A DNA stretch of 64,000 nt from Octopus sinensis (GCF_006345805.1 NC_043019.1:8245360-8309359), one strand, 5' to 3'. Positions 14,740 to 28,998 are shown, counted from the stretch's first letter. Numbers and translations are program-made. Notes: a model not told the origin generated them from the letters alone.

Positions 14740-14787
<48 letters not shown>

Positions 14788-14941
14788 ATATACGACTAGC
14801 TTCTTTCAGCTTCCATCTACCAAATCCACTCACAAGGCTTTGGTCGACCCGAGGCTATAGTAGGAGACACTTGCCTAAGTTGACACGCAGTGAGACTGAA
14901 CCCGCATTCATGTGGTTGGTAAGCAAGCTACTTACCACACA
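14543..14941 (-). mobile_element. SINE family A, near full-length
   Basis: Reverse-complement homology to 58482-58898, including the internal (TA)n. Confidence 0.8.
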
Positions 14942-14953
14942 CACACACACACG

Positions 14954-14986
<33 letters not shown>

Positions 14987-15044
14987 TGTTCGTTTGTTTC
15001 AGAGTGAGTGTAAGCAACTGAATATATTTTTATTATATATTAAA

Positions 15045-15089
<45 letters not shown>

Positions 15090-15097
15090 TATATATA

Positions 15098-15136
<39 letters not shown>

Positions 15137-15920
15137 GTATGTATGCATGTATATATATATATATATGCATGCATATATCCATTATGCGTACGTGTCTGTG
15201 TCTTTGTGTGTGCTTATGTATATGGATGGATAGATATATTCAAATGTTGATGTTAGAAAAATATTAGACATCAACCTCTACAAAAAAGGAAAACCTTGAA
15301 CAATGCAACTCCCTCGGTTACATATCCGTGTTATTTTTCTTGCGAACGACTGCTGTGGACCCGAAATAATGTCTAACATATGCTTTTGTTAATTAGGCTC
15401 CCACTCACACTGTTTTCAATGTTGATCTGTCAAGGAATTAAATGCCACATTACAAATTATTTAGATTTTAATGTCATCACCGAAATCCTGACGGGTTTTA
15501 GCAAGTGGAGTGAAATGCACCAGTAAGCTATAAACATATGTTAAATTGTCGAGTGAATGCCAACAGATTTAATGCATGGAAGAATTAAAAAAAGACAAAC
15601 TAAAAACAGATATTCCCTGAGAGAATTTGTATTTGGCAATGAAAAATACGATTTTTATTTACAGGGCCACTCGAAAAGAATATGTCGAGATACGACTCAA
15701 ATTTGGTCTCGTTTTCAGCGTAGCATAACATTCCTTCTACAAACCGCGATTGTAAGAAATAGTTGGGAAAATATGTATACGATACCCGAGAATGTTCAGA
15801 TTGTAGTAACATTCTTTATTATGAAAATTGATTGACTTTAAGATAATGCAGAGAGAGATTTATTATAATAAGGTAACTGCTGATTCACTTACACAAAGGC
15901 GCAGGAAACTTAATGTAAAG

Positions 15921-15988
<68 letters not shown>

Positions 15989-16139
15989 TATAAATCTTGT
16001 TTGCAACACATATCTATACATAAATGAAAAAGAATAATCTTAATTGACTCCATAATGTTACCTTATACATGGGGGGTGATGAAAAATGTCTGGGTTCAGG
16101 AAAAGAAATAGAAGATATATATATAATATATCATATAAA

Positions 16140-16238
<99 letters not shown>

Positions 16239-16864
16239 CCACCACTTGGATTTTGGAACAGATCAGGATTTGGGATGTTGAGAGGTTTATAAAGACTAAT
16301 ATTCGTACTTTGCTTTCATCAATTGACATTCATCCTGGAATCTAAACGATATATTTTGTCCAGTAACATCTTCCAGTTATTCTTAGATTTTTACCTGCTA
16401 TATTCATGAACTTTACTATACTCAGAGGAAATATGTACCAATTCATTTAATGGTTAGTCTAATTTGATCACAAATAAAAAAAAAGACTATATTCAAGATG
16501 CGAATATATTTCATACGGGAATCGAACTTCTTTTAAAGCGAACAAAGATGTAATGCGGATAATACTAAACAGCGATTAGAAGACTGACTTGCCACACGCT
16601 GATTGAGACAATTGATTAGATGATAGAGTGACGCTTATTTTCACAATGGCTCGCCATTTACATCTGATATTTATTCATATTTAAATCTTACTTGCTTTAT
16701 GTTTATTTGTTGGGAGATTACTATTCCAAGAGAAAAGCCAAAACACAGGCACAGGCTAACTTTTCGAAATACACACACTCATGCACACACAGAGGTATAC
16801 ACACATATACATACAACTATACATATGCATATAAACATATATATATATACATACATATATATAT

Positions 16865-16896
<32 letters not shown>

Positions 16897-17759
16897 ATAG
16901 ATATATATATATATATATAAATATATATATAATATTATATGCATACATATATATAATATATATATGTTGTGTGTGTGTGTGTATGAATATGTATAAATAT
17001 GCATATGTAGAAATACAGTCATAGATTCTTATGCACATACATATAGTTTTGGATTCATACAAGTGTCATACATAAAATTAACACAACAACAAACGTATAA
17101 AAATATGATATGATTTCTTACTATATATCTACGTCTCTAAGACAAGTCGTACCCTCCTCCATCCGAATATCTTGGCAGGAGGCTATGAATTATGCAGTCA
17201 AATTATCAATGTAAATTACCCACCTCTTTTTACAGCATATGTAACGTCATGTAATTTATTCGATGTCAAACAACATATGAGAAAAAAACTGTATCATTAA
17301 TATTGCATATTTGATACATCAAATACAAAACACTGCTATCAGATGATAATTAGCAAGCCAGATATTCTATTTTCTTTCTTTAACGATTTGGAACTATTTA
17401 AAATATAGGTTATCTGATATATTTATCAAAGTACCAATTTATATAACTGTCTGTGAATCTTGCTTACCTATCTAGAATAGTGTCTATTATTATAGATACA
17501 TGGGTGTAAGTGTGTGTGTGTGTGTGTGTTTGTATGTGTGTGTGTCTGTGTGTGTGTGTGTATGCGTGTGAATGTGTGTGCATTTGTGTATCTGTGTGTG
17601 AGAGAGAGTACATATAAAATTGATCTGTTAAGAAATGTGTGTATGTCTTAGTATGCAAATAAGTGTGAATCTATCTACCAACATATAGAAATACCATAGC
17701 TCATTTTGCATATATATCGGTCGCGACTTGTAGCGAAATCATGATTCTGGGCTGGGATC

Positions 17760-18035
17760 TACATTACTGAAGCCGGCATCATTCGCTGTCTTCTCGGCTG
17801 GGGTGGCCTGGGATTCAGACACCGGGTGGAACAACTGGGTCCCAAATATGATTCGCTTCAATGACGCCAAGATCGGTATTTGGCTTCATGAATGTCTAAG
17901 TCTGCGCTTTCAAGATCATCTGAAGCGATCACAGAGCAGTGTCCCTCCCAAATCGGTTGGCGGCGAAGGTAGATGAATATCATGCAACGAGACAGCCAAC
18001 GCATTTGGCGGTCGGCCGTAAGCAAGTAAAGTAAG
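17760..18035 (+). mobile_element. Possible RTE-like LINE 3' end
   Basis: GC-richer block with LRFQDHLKR and a short tandem tail gtaagcaagtaaagtaag; weak. Confidence 0.25.
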
Positions 18036-18189
18036 AATATATGTATATATACATATATTATAATATATATATATATATATATATAATATATATATAATAT
18101 ATATATATAATACCTATATAAAAGAGGTGCATGTCATAGAAAGAACGGTTGTGGCCATCGGTTTGCGCAACAGCAGTTTATCTGATACT

Positions 18190-18490
18190 GAAAAACTAAG
18201 GAAAATCTGAAGTAAAATCGACTGCTCCCATAAACAAGATTACTAAAAATGAACAGGACCGCTCTCAAAATTAAAGTCATAAAACAGGAAAAATAATCCA
18301 GAATTCTTGTCTGGCACCGGATCGGTCCCCAAATCTAAACAGTTCGTGCCAATCACGAGGTCAAACGTTACTGAAACTTTCATCCGAATCCATCCATCGG
18401 TTCTTGAAATATCTTATTCATAGACATACAAAGCATCAAACAAACACAACTGAAAACAATACCTTCGCCTTCGCTAAGCCATCGGTAATA
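18190..18490 (+). mobile_element. HINE/DINE-like (Helentron-associated) non-autonomous element, 3' portion
   Basis: (AAAC)-type short repeat followed by a degenerate terminal hairpin (ccttcgccttcgctaagccatcgg, 18462-18485) and a taat end; family recognised from memory. Confidence 0.45.
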
Positions 18491-19862
18491 ATAGACATCT
18501 ACACAATCTTTACGTGTAAAATAGAACAACCAACTCTCCTCCTGGAAACCACGTCTAGAATCGTCAGATCAGTTATATAAACATGAATATACGATAGTGT
18601 TGATATTGATATCACATTGCTGCACAAGCACATCAATTTCAGAGAGGAGCTCTGATCTGCAGGTAATTTTGTTATCGATGCCAAAAGGCTAACAGCCAGA
18701 GCCACCGAGATTTGACTGCTATATCCAGTAGGATAGGAATCCACATAGTGCACACCTGTGATGATGTCGCTTGTGTTCCTGTTATTCTTCAGAAATAAAT
18801 CCCGCATAATTTTATAGTCACTTCATAAACGGTATTCCAGCCATGACCACCCATTTATGGGTGCAATTTTCTGCAGAAAGCAGGGCCATATTGTGTATAC
18901 TATGCTGGCTTTTAAAAAAAATATTTACTGATGCTCTGGCGGAGTTGATAGCACGCCGGACAAAATTCATCGCGACATTTCATCCGTCTTTACTTACTGA
19001 TGTTCGAATTCAGCCCAGCTCGACTTTGCAATTAATCATTTATGGAACGGTAAAATAAGCACCTATTGAACACCGGAAGTTGATGTTCTCTACTTGTCCC
19101 ATTTCCTCCTAGAATTGCTGGCATTGTGCTAAATTGTAAAACCGCTTTTTAATGACGATGTTAATGGTGATAGTCGTGATGATGATGAAAGTAATAATGG
19201 CGATACTTAAGAATATTAAATATACGATTTAAAACGACCTTGGAGATAACGACACTTTGTGATATTCGCGAAGACGATGGAGACGATGTTGTTGATGACG
19301 ATGATGATGAGGAGAAGGAGGAAGAGGAGGAGGAAGAGGAGGATTGTGTCGTAATGAGGAACTTATAGTTAATGAGGACGATGATGATAATTCAGAACAT
19401 TATAATGATGAAATGCACAATCATGACGATGAAAGGTATAGGGATAAAAAGTGTTAAAAAAAAAAACAAATTGAAAGAGCAAACAAAGAAAAAAGAAAAA
19501 AAAAACGACGAAATAAATAAATAACTGAAAAATCATCCGAAAGATTTTATTGGATCTTAATCTCGGTGTGCAGTTAATCATTTCAAAATTGCATTTCAGC
19601 AGAGAGAAACGCTGAACACTTTAATTTCTTTTCCAGTAGCTTTGGGAGTTAATTAGGGAACATTTCACCAATTTCTCTTTTATCCTAGGGGTTATGGAGA
19701 AAATGTGCTGAAAAGAGCAGAAAATCCCTAATAATAATAAATCGTACTTTATTAGCCACACCTCATTTATAAAATACGATACCTGTAAAAAATTAGAGGA
19801 TGCAAATTGTGTGGTGTTGTACATATATATATATATATGCATGTGTATCCTTTATTAGAATG

Positions 19863-20195
19863 CGACTCCCCTGGAAACTGTTTTGCAGCGAGATAGCGAA
19901 AGCCAAAGGAACGCAAGTTGCTACAGAAAAAGCACTTCCATGACACACTTAAACTCTTACCGAAGAGTTTGTGGACCAACACACATACTTTGAAGTCGAA
20001 AATACAAGTCTGCCCTGGCTGGATAAGCTGCAGTAACACAGATACCATCTTCTAGGATAGGACGGTATTACTGGGGCATAAAACAACATGAACTACGCAA
20101 GTTCAAAACTTACCCCTTGACTTTTGTTCTACCTGTGCCCGACCTGCGGCAGAGCATTCTAAAAGCGCATCATACATCATCTGCGGGCGGACATC
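19863..20195 (+). mobile_element. Decayed RTE-clade LINE, 3' end of ORF
   Basis: Frameshifted peptides RLPWKLFCSEI, HFHDTLKLL, KQHELRK and CPTCGRAF*KRIIHHLR resemble the RTE C-terminus with its terminal C2H2-like finger. Confidence 0.65.
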
Positions 20196-20469
20196 ACATG
20201 AAAATAATATGATATCAAATAATATTAATAATGGATTACAGCAAATATTCTGCTCGGTACCACAGATTTGCTTGTCAGATGTTTGGACATAACCATCACC
20301 AGCTGAGTATGACCATTGGTGGGTGACGATATGTGCAACTCTGATCACGAGCAGAAATAGTGGGAGAGCATCATAGCCATGTGCTGAGAGGATGTCTTTG
20401 GGGTTTGAGTAATTCAGTTCTCGAAACATGTGTTAAATGTTAATGTGTTAAATACTTAAACAACCATTA

Positions 20470-20740
20470 TTCAGGAACTTTTTGAGCGGGATGAGCTACT
20501 CGACCAGAAGCAAATTCTAACAGGGCCCCATCTGCAAGCTCATGCGTTACTTATCTTGACACGAGATCATCATGTGGCGCACATGCAGATGTGATGCATG
20601 TTCCTGGTGTACACTTATCCGATGGGAAGTCATGATGTGTATACTGGGCATTGTATATTTGTACCCCGGTGTCACTTTGATGGCATGCGCTGCTCTCCTA
20701 CTCAATAATAATAATAATAATAACAACAACAACAACAATA
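20470..20740 (+). mobile_element. SINE-like repeat 3' part with (AAT/AAC)n tail
   Basis: Unique body ending ...gatggcatgcgctgctctcctactc followed by an (AAT)n tail; family recognised from memory of octopus repeats. Confidence 0.5.
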
Positions 20741-20744
20741 ATAG

Positions 20745-21020
20745 TTAGGAAGTTATATGAGAGCAGAGGGAGCTTGTAATTGAGATTAGGACAAATTAGA
20801 ATTGAGATTAGAGCAGAGCAAGGCCACAAAACTGCTCTGCTAGGGAGCGTTAGGAATTTGGATGTTGAATGTCTCCCACGGTAATTAACAACCAAATATC
20901 AAAGGTTATAATGTGCTCACAGAGTCCCTCTGAGACCTCTGACAGCAGGTAACAGTCCGCTCTCACAGAGATCTTGCCAGAGCAAACAAGAAGTAAGAGG
21001 TTCTGAGCAGTAAAGCACTT
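20745..21020 (+). mobile_element. R4/Dong-type LINE extreme 3' fragment with (TAA)n tail
   Basis: 20801 onward reads IEIRAEQGHKTALLGSVR, a variant of the LQKTALLGTARILR terminal motif; followed by UTR-like sequence and (TAA)n. Confidence 0.55.
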
Positions 21021-21186
21021 ATGATAATAATAATAAAAGTAATAATATTAATAATAATAATAATAATAATAATAAACGTAATAATAATGATAATAATAAT
21101 AATAATAAACATAATAATAGTGATAATAATAATAATAACTATTATTAATATCATTCTTCTTATTATTGTTATTAATATTATTATTA

Positions 21187-21225
<39 letters not shown>

Positions 21226-21249
21226 GGAATATACGATATAAAATGGCCT

Positions 21250-21625
21250 TGGAGATAGCTAATAATTGACGTAGCAGTGCCAGGAGATCGAGATATCATC
21301 ATGAAAGAAAGAGAAAAGATTGATAAATATGGCGACCTGAGAATTGATATCGATAAGCTGTGACAGGTATGAGAGTCAAACATAAAGGTTATCCCTATTC
21401 TCATTGGAGCATTGTGTTCAATACTCCCCATTCGCAAAAAAAGGACATCTGAAAACCTTAGAAATACCCTACCATCTTACAAAAGTCGGCATTACTTGAA
21501 ACTGCACACATTTTGCGTAGAGTAGTGTTTCATTGGGATACTTGTGACTTGACAAACAGTGCAAACCCTCGGTAGACAAAATATCTTCAATCAACAGCCT
21601 CACGATAGTGCATACTGTGCGACGT
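21250..21625 (+). mobile_element. R4/Dong-type LINE restriction-like endonuclease (RLE) fragment with (TAA)n tail
   Basis: LIIDVAVPGDRDIIMKEREKIDKYGDLRIDI...KVIPILIGAL...KSALLETAHILRRVV; contains stops and frameshifts. Confidence 0.8.
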
Positions 21626-21744
21626 CTATAATAATAAGACTGATGATAATAATAATAATAATATTAATAATAATGATAATGATAATGATAATAATGATAA
21701 TGATAATAATAATAATGATAATAATAATATTAATAATAATAATA

Positions 21745-22330
21745 ATGGAAGATCGATGGAAAAAAAACTGAAGATTTCCTTAATGGAGAAATAATACCAG
21801 ATTTGATGATTAGAGAGAGGACAAAAATTCATTATGAAACATAAAAGCAAAGGTAATACAGCCAGCAAATATAGACAAATTACTTGCTTACCATTAATGT
21901 GGAAGCTCTTAATAGGAATGCGTTCAGAAAGCATTTATGAGCACCTTGACAACCAGAATTTACAGCCAGAAGAACAAGTAGTTGTAGGAAGAATGCACAA
22001 GCAAAGCATGACGTATTATACATAGACAAAATAGTTTAAATGAAGTAGAACCTAGAAAGAAAAATCGAACAATAGCATGAAGAGAGTATAAGAAAGCCTG
22101 TGACATGATCCAACACTGATGGATAAGTGAATGTTTGAGTATATACAGTATGAAAATGAAAATTGAGAAGGAGTACATCAGAAGGATATGGAAGCTGATG
22201 AAGTCAAAGCTAAATGGCCCGAATCTTGTGAAGGCTGTAAATACTTGGACAGAATCATTACTCCGATACTCAGCAGCTTTTGTAGACTGGCGGAAGCTAT
22301 TGTACATTGTAGATTGGCGAAAGCCATGGT
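21745..22330 (+). mobile_element. R4/Dong-type LINE reverse-transcriptase fragment, internally deleted
   Basis: YRQITCLPLMWKLLIGMRSESIYEHLDNQNLQPEEQ and EYKKACDMIQH*WISECL are joined directly to thumb-region KEYIRRIWKLMKSKLNGPNLVKAVNTW...LRYSAAFVDW. Confidence 0.85.
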
Positions 22331-24013
22331 CACTGCCTAATCCTCCACTCATAGCAATTAAATAAAGAGCACTCCTATATAAATATATTGACTAATGAAA
22401 AACTGTTCTTTATCTTGTACACCTCTCGTATTGCATGAGGTGTCTTAATTTTTCCCTCCACCAGCTTAGCAAATCGCGGAATATTGTTTGTGTTTTCGCG
22501 GTTGTTGGAAGTTGTGGCGTGAATCCTCTCGCTCTTTATTTTTGAAGTTCAAGTATATTTTTATTTCACTATTCTTTATTTTGACTCAGTATTTTTGTGA
22601 ATGCGCACGCGTGTTCTAGTGGATCGCGCTTTGACCTGATAGTCAGAGGTTTCTAGCTTAATTCCTCCTGTAGGCGGCGCATATTTCTCGAAAAATGCTG
22701 TCTAGACTTTGCAATTTTTCTTTTGCATATCATGAAAATCCACAATGGCCAATACTTACATTTTGGAGAATCCAGTTTCTAATTCGAGTGAAATAAATTT
22801 GGATTCTATTTTAATCCTCTAGATTGAATTCTCAGACCCTCATGGCTGGTTCATGATGATTGATGTGAAGTGGTGGGGTGTAATAACATACGTTTCGATC
22901 TTTCGAAATATGCTTGAATGTATGAATATTCTATCTAGAAGCTAGGTTTATTTCCCATCTGTATAAGTGATAAGGAAATTGGAGATAATTCTAATGGCCC
23001 CTAGGATTAGAGCGAATCAGAAAATCACGAGCGTAGATTAGCTTATCGACCCCCGCTCATTTAGATCGTCAGTGATGAAAGACATTATTGAAATGAATGG
23101 AGAAAAGAAAAGGAAAAGACGCTAGCGAATCGGAGGAATAAATTAAAGGAAGTAAACAAAATTAAGAAGAGCGAGAAATGAAAGAAGAAAGAAAAATTTG
23201 AATTGAAAGAAAGACTAAAAACAAAAGGGAAAGATTGGAAAGAAAAATGAGATAAAATCAAAGAAAAATATTTTAAAAGAATAGATTAAAGAAAAGAGAA
23301 ATATTGACAAGAAATATTAAAAAGAAAGAAAAAAATGAATAAAATAGAAAAGAAAGATTAAAACAAAGGAAGCAAGATTGATTATATAAGAATGGAGAAA
23401 TAAAAGAAAGTGTAAAAAGAACGATTAGAAGGAAATGTTAAAAGAAGAAGAATGTTTAAAAATCAAGCACGCGAGAAGGAATGAATCAATGAATAAAAGA
23501 ATGAAAGAGACATTTGATAACCAAAAAAAAAAAAAACACACACAAATTAATTAACAAGAATATAAAAACAATATTAAAAAATATGATAGTTAAAAAGACT
23601 GAGCAATTGCGACATTGAAATGGAAGAAAAGCAAAAAAGGCGAAAATAGTGAAAATGCGGGAAACAACGGAAGAATGAGAAAAGTAAAGATATAAAAAGA
23701 AAGAAAAAAATATAAGAATGAGTAAAAAAATATGTGAAAGAGAGAATAAACAGGAAGATTAAGCTGGAATAAAATTGGCAGAAAGAAAGAAGTGAGATTG
23801 AAAAGAAGGAAGGAATACTAACAAGTGAAGAATCGACAAATTCTATATTTGCAGGATTAGACGTTTATATGATTGCACAAAAGAAAGGAAAAATGCGGTT
23901 TATAAAAACGATGGAATTGAAGTGAAGTCTGCATAAAAGAATAACAGAATCAAGTGAGAGAAATGAATAAACATGGACTAGATAAGTAAAAGATGGCATA
24001 GAAGATGGTATAA

Positions 24014-24250
24014 AAGGCGGCGAGCTAGCAGAATCGTTAGCACGTCGGGCGAAATGCTTAGCGGTATTTCGTCTGCCGTTACGTTGTGAGTTCAAATTCT
24101 GCCGAGGTCGACTTTGCCTTTCATCCTTTCGCGGTCGATAAATTAAGTACCAGTAATGCACTGGGGTCGATATAACCACGACTTAATCCGTTTATCTGTC
24201 CTTGTTTGACCTCTCTGTGTTTAGCCGCTTGTGGGTAGTAAAGAAATAGG
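24014..24250 (+). mobile_element. SINE family B
   Basis: Homologous to 7869-8097 in the opposite orientation. Confidence 0.85.
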
Positions 24251-25899
24251 TATAGAAGTTTGAAAGAACAAAGGAAAGAATAAATGAGTGAAAATGGAAG
24301 GAGAAATATCAATTAATGCAGATCGATTTGAGAAGAAAAGGATAAAATATCGAGTATTTGGTGAAGAAGATGGAAAAGTTATTCTGGGTATTATTGCGTG
24401 GAAAAGATGAGGGGTGCAGATGTTATTCGCCGATGTAACGTGTTGCTGCAATCACTAATTTCGGAATATTTCCGGAGCCTTCCGAGCGACTCATCAAAAA
24501 GTGATCGAAACATCTGCTCATTGCCATGAAAATGTGGCATGTGATCGATCAACATGAGCCTTCAATCCAGTCGTATCGACAGAGAAGGACCGCTAGAAGC
24601 ACAGCCAAACTCGGAAAATCGAGCAACGTCACCAAATGGCGTGGAATTATACAAAGGTATTAAAACTGCAAGTAGGTCTTACGTGAGGGTCATGTAGTCC
24701 TGCAGCGCGTTGTTGCCGGTTCTTCCCGACCGACCGGGCTAGAAAAGTTCTGGATATTTATCATCTCCCCGAGAATCCTTCTCAACTGCCGTGACGATAT
24801 AGCATGTAGTCGACTTCGCGGGGTACCCAACAAACGAAATTCCGATATAGATTAGTGGGAGTAAAACTGGAAAGCTTTAATAGATGAAACAACCAAATGA
24901 AGACAGAAAAATGTTAATAAATAAAAAAAGGCAAAATATGTTAGGACAAATGACGCTCATAATGAATGAATATATATAATAAGAGACAAATTAACACACT
25001 GGAATTGTGTATGAAAATCGAAGAATAATTCGGACTGGAATGAAAAGAGAAATGGCCACCAACACGAGAGGAAAGCGAAGTGGCACCCTGGAAAATCGTC
25101 CAACATCATTATGAAAGAAGAGGTAAGCGCATCAGAAAGAGAATGAAATGGAATGAAGGAGATTTGATATAAGGAATAAACGTAAGAACGAAAGTCATAT
25201 AAAAAACAGAATATATTTTAAAGAAGAGAATGAGAATTTTTACAGAAATTAAAAGAATAAACAAAACACTAGGTTTAAAATCAAAAACAAAACGCTTATT
25301 GCAACTTTAAATGATAAAAATATTAGCAACGGCAACAACAACAACAACGCCGACGAAACAATGGCTACAACAGCTACGACAGCACCAGCATTAGCAGCAG
25401 TACCAATTTTTGTTTCATTTCCACTTGGAGTTCGACGGAAGGGGTACATTACAAGGACAAATTACAACATAATAATGGTAATAATTTGATAAAGATAATA
25501 ATAAAGAAGAATGGCGAAGACAGACAAAAGCAAATAACGTTGGAATAACTAAAGAAGAAAAACCAAAGATGTTAGTTTGGATGAAAAGAGAAAAAAAGTG
25601 GAAGATTTGACAATGGAGAGAACACAGAGTGACTTGATGACGAGAATGGGTGGAATGGGTTTAAGAAAATTCAAAAATTAAAACGAAAAAAAACCCCAAA
25701 AAACAAAGATTAGCACAACATAGAAACAATTGAAGCAAAATCCATCATCGACCTTGGAGAAATTTTAATGAAAAAGGAAATGAGATAATAAAAACTAAAA
25801 TGGAAGAGAAACAAAACAAAACAAAACAAGTGGGAGTTGGAACAAAAAAAAAGAGAGAAAAAATACAAGAAGATGAGTAATAACAGCAAGCAGGTAAAA

Positions 25900-26111
25900 A
25901 AAATAGCAAGATAATAATAATAGCAACAACAAAAACAGTAATAATAATAATAATAATAGTAATAGTAATAATAATAAGAAGAACAACAGCAACAATAATA
26001 ATAATAGTAATAATAATAATAGTAATAATAATAATAATAATAATAATGATGATGATGATGAGGATCATGATGATAATGATGATGATGAGGATCATGATGA
26101 TAATGATGATG

Positions 26112-26150
<39 letters not shown>

Positions 26151-26185
26151 GTAATAATAATAATACTAATAGTAATAGTAATAAT
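25900..26185. repeat. (TAA/TAG/GAT)n compound array
   Basis: Includes a duplicated higher-order unit, gatgatgatgaggatcatgatgataat, twice. Confidence 0.9.
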
Positions 26186-26868
26186 GACAGGCGGAGCGAA
26201 ACAGAGAAGGAAAACACATTGTGAAAGGAAAATTTAGTAATGGATAAGCCACCAACAGCAATGTGTGGAACAGAAAAAGGAAAATAAATAAGAAGGAGGG
26301 GAAAGGGAGGAGGAGGAGGGAGGAAGAAGAGAAACAACAACAAAAACAAGAGCAAAGTAACAATGATGATGATGACGATGAAGGTAATGATGATGAAAAG
26401 TAAATATAGAAGGAAAAGTAAAACAACATGAAGAAGACGAGTGTGAGGAAAGGAGGGAAAGTCAGAGGTAGAGAGTGAGTGAGAGAGAGAGAGGGGGTGG
26501 GGTGGGGTGGAAGAGAGAGAGAGAATTGCGAATGATGCCTTGAAGAACGGTAATTGCAAAGAGCTATGAATAGTTAATGAGCGCATACCTTTAAAACTGA
26601 TTAACAAACCGGCATATATTGGTTGGTCGATATAACATGGCTGATTGCTCCGTCGGTACTCTCCATGAATATATGTATACTAGTAGTGTGTATAATGGCT
26701 TATATATATATATATATATATGTGCGTGTGTGTGTGTGTGTCTGTCTGTGCCAACATACATACATCTACATACATATATATATATGCACACATACACACA
26801 GCCATATATATATATATGTATATATACAGAAATGTATTTGTATGTATGTATATCTATTTATCTATCTA

Positions 26869-26966
<98 letters not shown>

Positions 26967-28578
26967 TATATATAGAAAGAGAGAGTGAGAGGAAAAGGGA
27001 ATGTGTATATATGTGTATATAATTGTAAGCAACGTGGTGTTATGTTGAGTGATCTGTAGGTACTGATAGTGTTGGTGGTTGGCAGTTTCTCGTATGCATA
27101 TATCGATGTGTGGATTGTCATTGTGTGTAGTTGTGCATGCGCTGTGTTAGTAACGTATTGTTTTATGCAAGGTTGTATTCAAATGGAAATGGATGCGATG
27201 ATAATTAGAAGAGGAACTGTGAGTAGTTGTCTGGCTCAATGAAGTAGTCTTCGTATGTTTCGCTACAAAATTGCAGACAACGTAATCTACACGGTGTTTT
27301 CGATTGCAAGAAATAGCAGTGAGATCTGTGTAAAATCATATAACACTACATCAGATCTTAGATAATGGGACGAAGGTTAATGTGATCTCTCGTCCCCTAC
27401 GCCTAAGAAAAATAGAAAAAAAAAATTCATTGTGGTTCCGAATAAAATCTATAAATTTTGGGTGTGAGGTTCGACCTGCGGTAAAAGAAAATGTGCAGCA
27501 GCAGCAACAACAATAACAACAACGATGACAGCATCCGGAATTTATTATTAACAAAATCCAATCGCAAGTATGTAACACCTCATTGCCGATCACCGTAAAA
27601 TTGGTCTCCATGTCATACACCTTAATAGTACCCCACAGGTACTGCTACATTGTTACATCAATGGTAGAGAATCAGTGAGATGGCTACTCGCTTGACTCTC
27701 AACCTGTATGAAATAGAATTCAAAAATATCTCAAATTACATCAAGTTGCCTTCCTGAAATTGCAAATAACAAGTCCATGTGTTCCTGGAAATTAAATGCC
27801 CTTAATTCGATGGTTGTAATATTTTACACCATGTGCCATACATTTGCATCATCACATCTGACCAAACACACGACAAGGGCAGCAGCATATCAAGATTTAG
27901 AGCATCGCAAAACGCTGGGCTGCACACCTACTCGATACCTAAAACAACAGGATGCACTGCAGCACCACGACAATATATATGACAATAAGATGCTCGCTAC
28001 TGGTTAACAACTAAACCTACATGCCAAAATAGGCCCCGCTTCCCACTAAATACTGTCCATGATACCAAACACAGTGCGAAACAGAGACATACTGCAACGT
28101 AACGCTACTCATTGCATCACAATGCGGAATGCAGCCCCACAACGCCATATCACAACGGGACATACATATTACAACCCATGTTTAGAGAGTACATCACGCG
28201 AAATTCCGCCGGCCTGCATCACAACCTGCACAACGCACCGCATGATACTGCAACACGCCATAGTTCTCTAGCACATCATACATGGTAGCCGGGTGATATT
28301 TGATGGAACCTTCTTGTGGCCATGGTGGAAGCTGAGGGTGGATAGTTTGAGTTAACTGTTGTCCCCCAGCCATTATCTACTTCATAATTTTCGAAGTTTT
28401 AAAATACTTTTGTTTTGCGGGTGGATACTGGGTTTTCATTTCCTACTGGGCAAACTGTCAAATGTAGTCCTGAAAACCTGTATATGACATGATGCATTTG
28501 ATTGTATAAGACAGTAGTTCTTAACAGGAGTTATGTAGACATTTGTAGGTCCATATCAGTGTGAAACTTTATATGGCG

Positions 28579-28998
28579 CAAGGCGGCGAGCAGGCAGAGA
28601 CGTTAGCACGCCTGGTGAAATAGTGAGCGGGTATTTCGTCTGTCTTTTTGTTCTGAGTTCAAATTCCGCCGACGTCGACTTTGCCTTTCATACTACCAGG
28701 GCCGATAAATTTAGTACCAGTTGCATACTGGGGTCGATCTTATTGACCGGCTCCTCCATTAAAAATTTCGGCGCTTGTGACTAGAGAAGAAAAAAATTAC
28801 GTGGTGCAATCTTTTCTACACTATGCACAAGGCCCGAAATTTTGAGGGAAGGGGCTATTCGATTAGATCGACACCAGTACGCAACTGGCAAAAGGCAAAA
28901 TTGACCTCGGCGGAATTCGAACTCAGAACGTAGCGGCAGATGAAATACCGCTAAGCATTTCGCCCGGCATGTTAACGATTGTGCCAGCTCGCTGCCTT
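28579..28998. mobile_element. Two SINE family B copies tail-to-tail (28579-28800 plus, 28812-28998 minus)
   Basis: Heads aaggcggcgagc at 28579 and gctcgctgcctt ending at 28998. Confidence 0.8.

Noticed and set aside
20103-20429. 108-aa minus-strand ORF
   Set aside because: Largely antisense to the decayed RTE fragment and its flank; no recognisable protein.
23050-23075. Minus-strand CUGACGA-UCU...GAG half motif
   Set aside because: The GAAA and stem III half is absent.
24460-24850. GC-richer unique block, possible TE or exon
   Set aside because: No recognisable peptide, TIR or paired splice sites.
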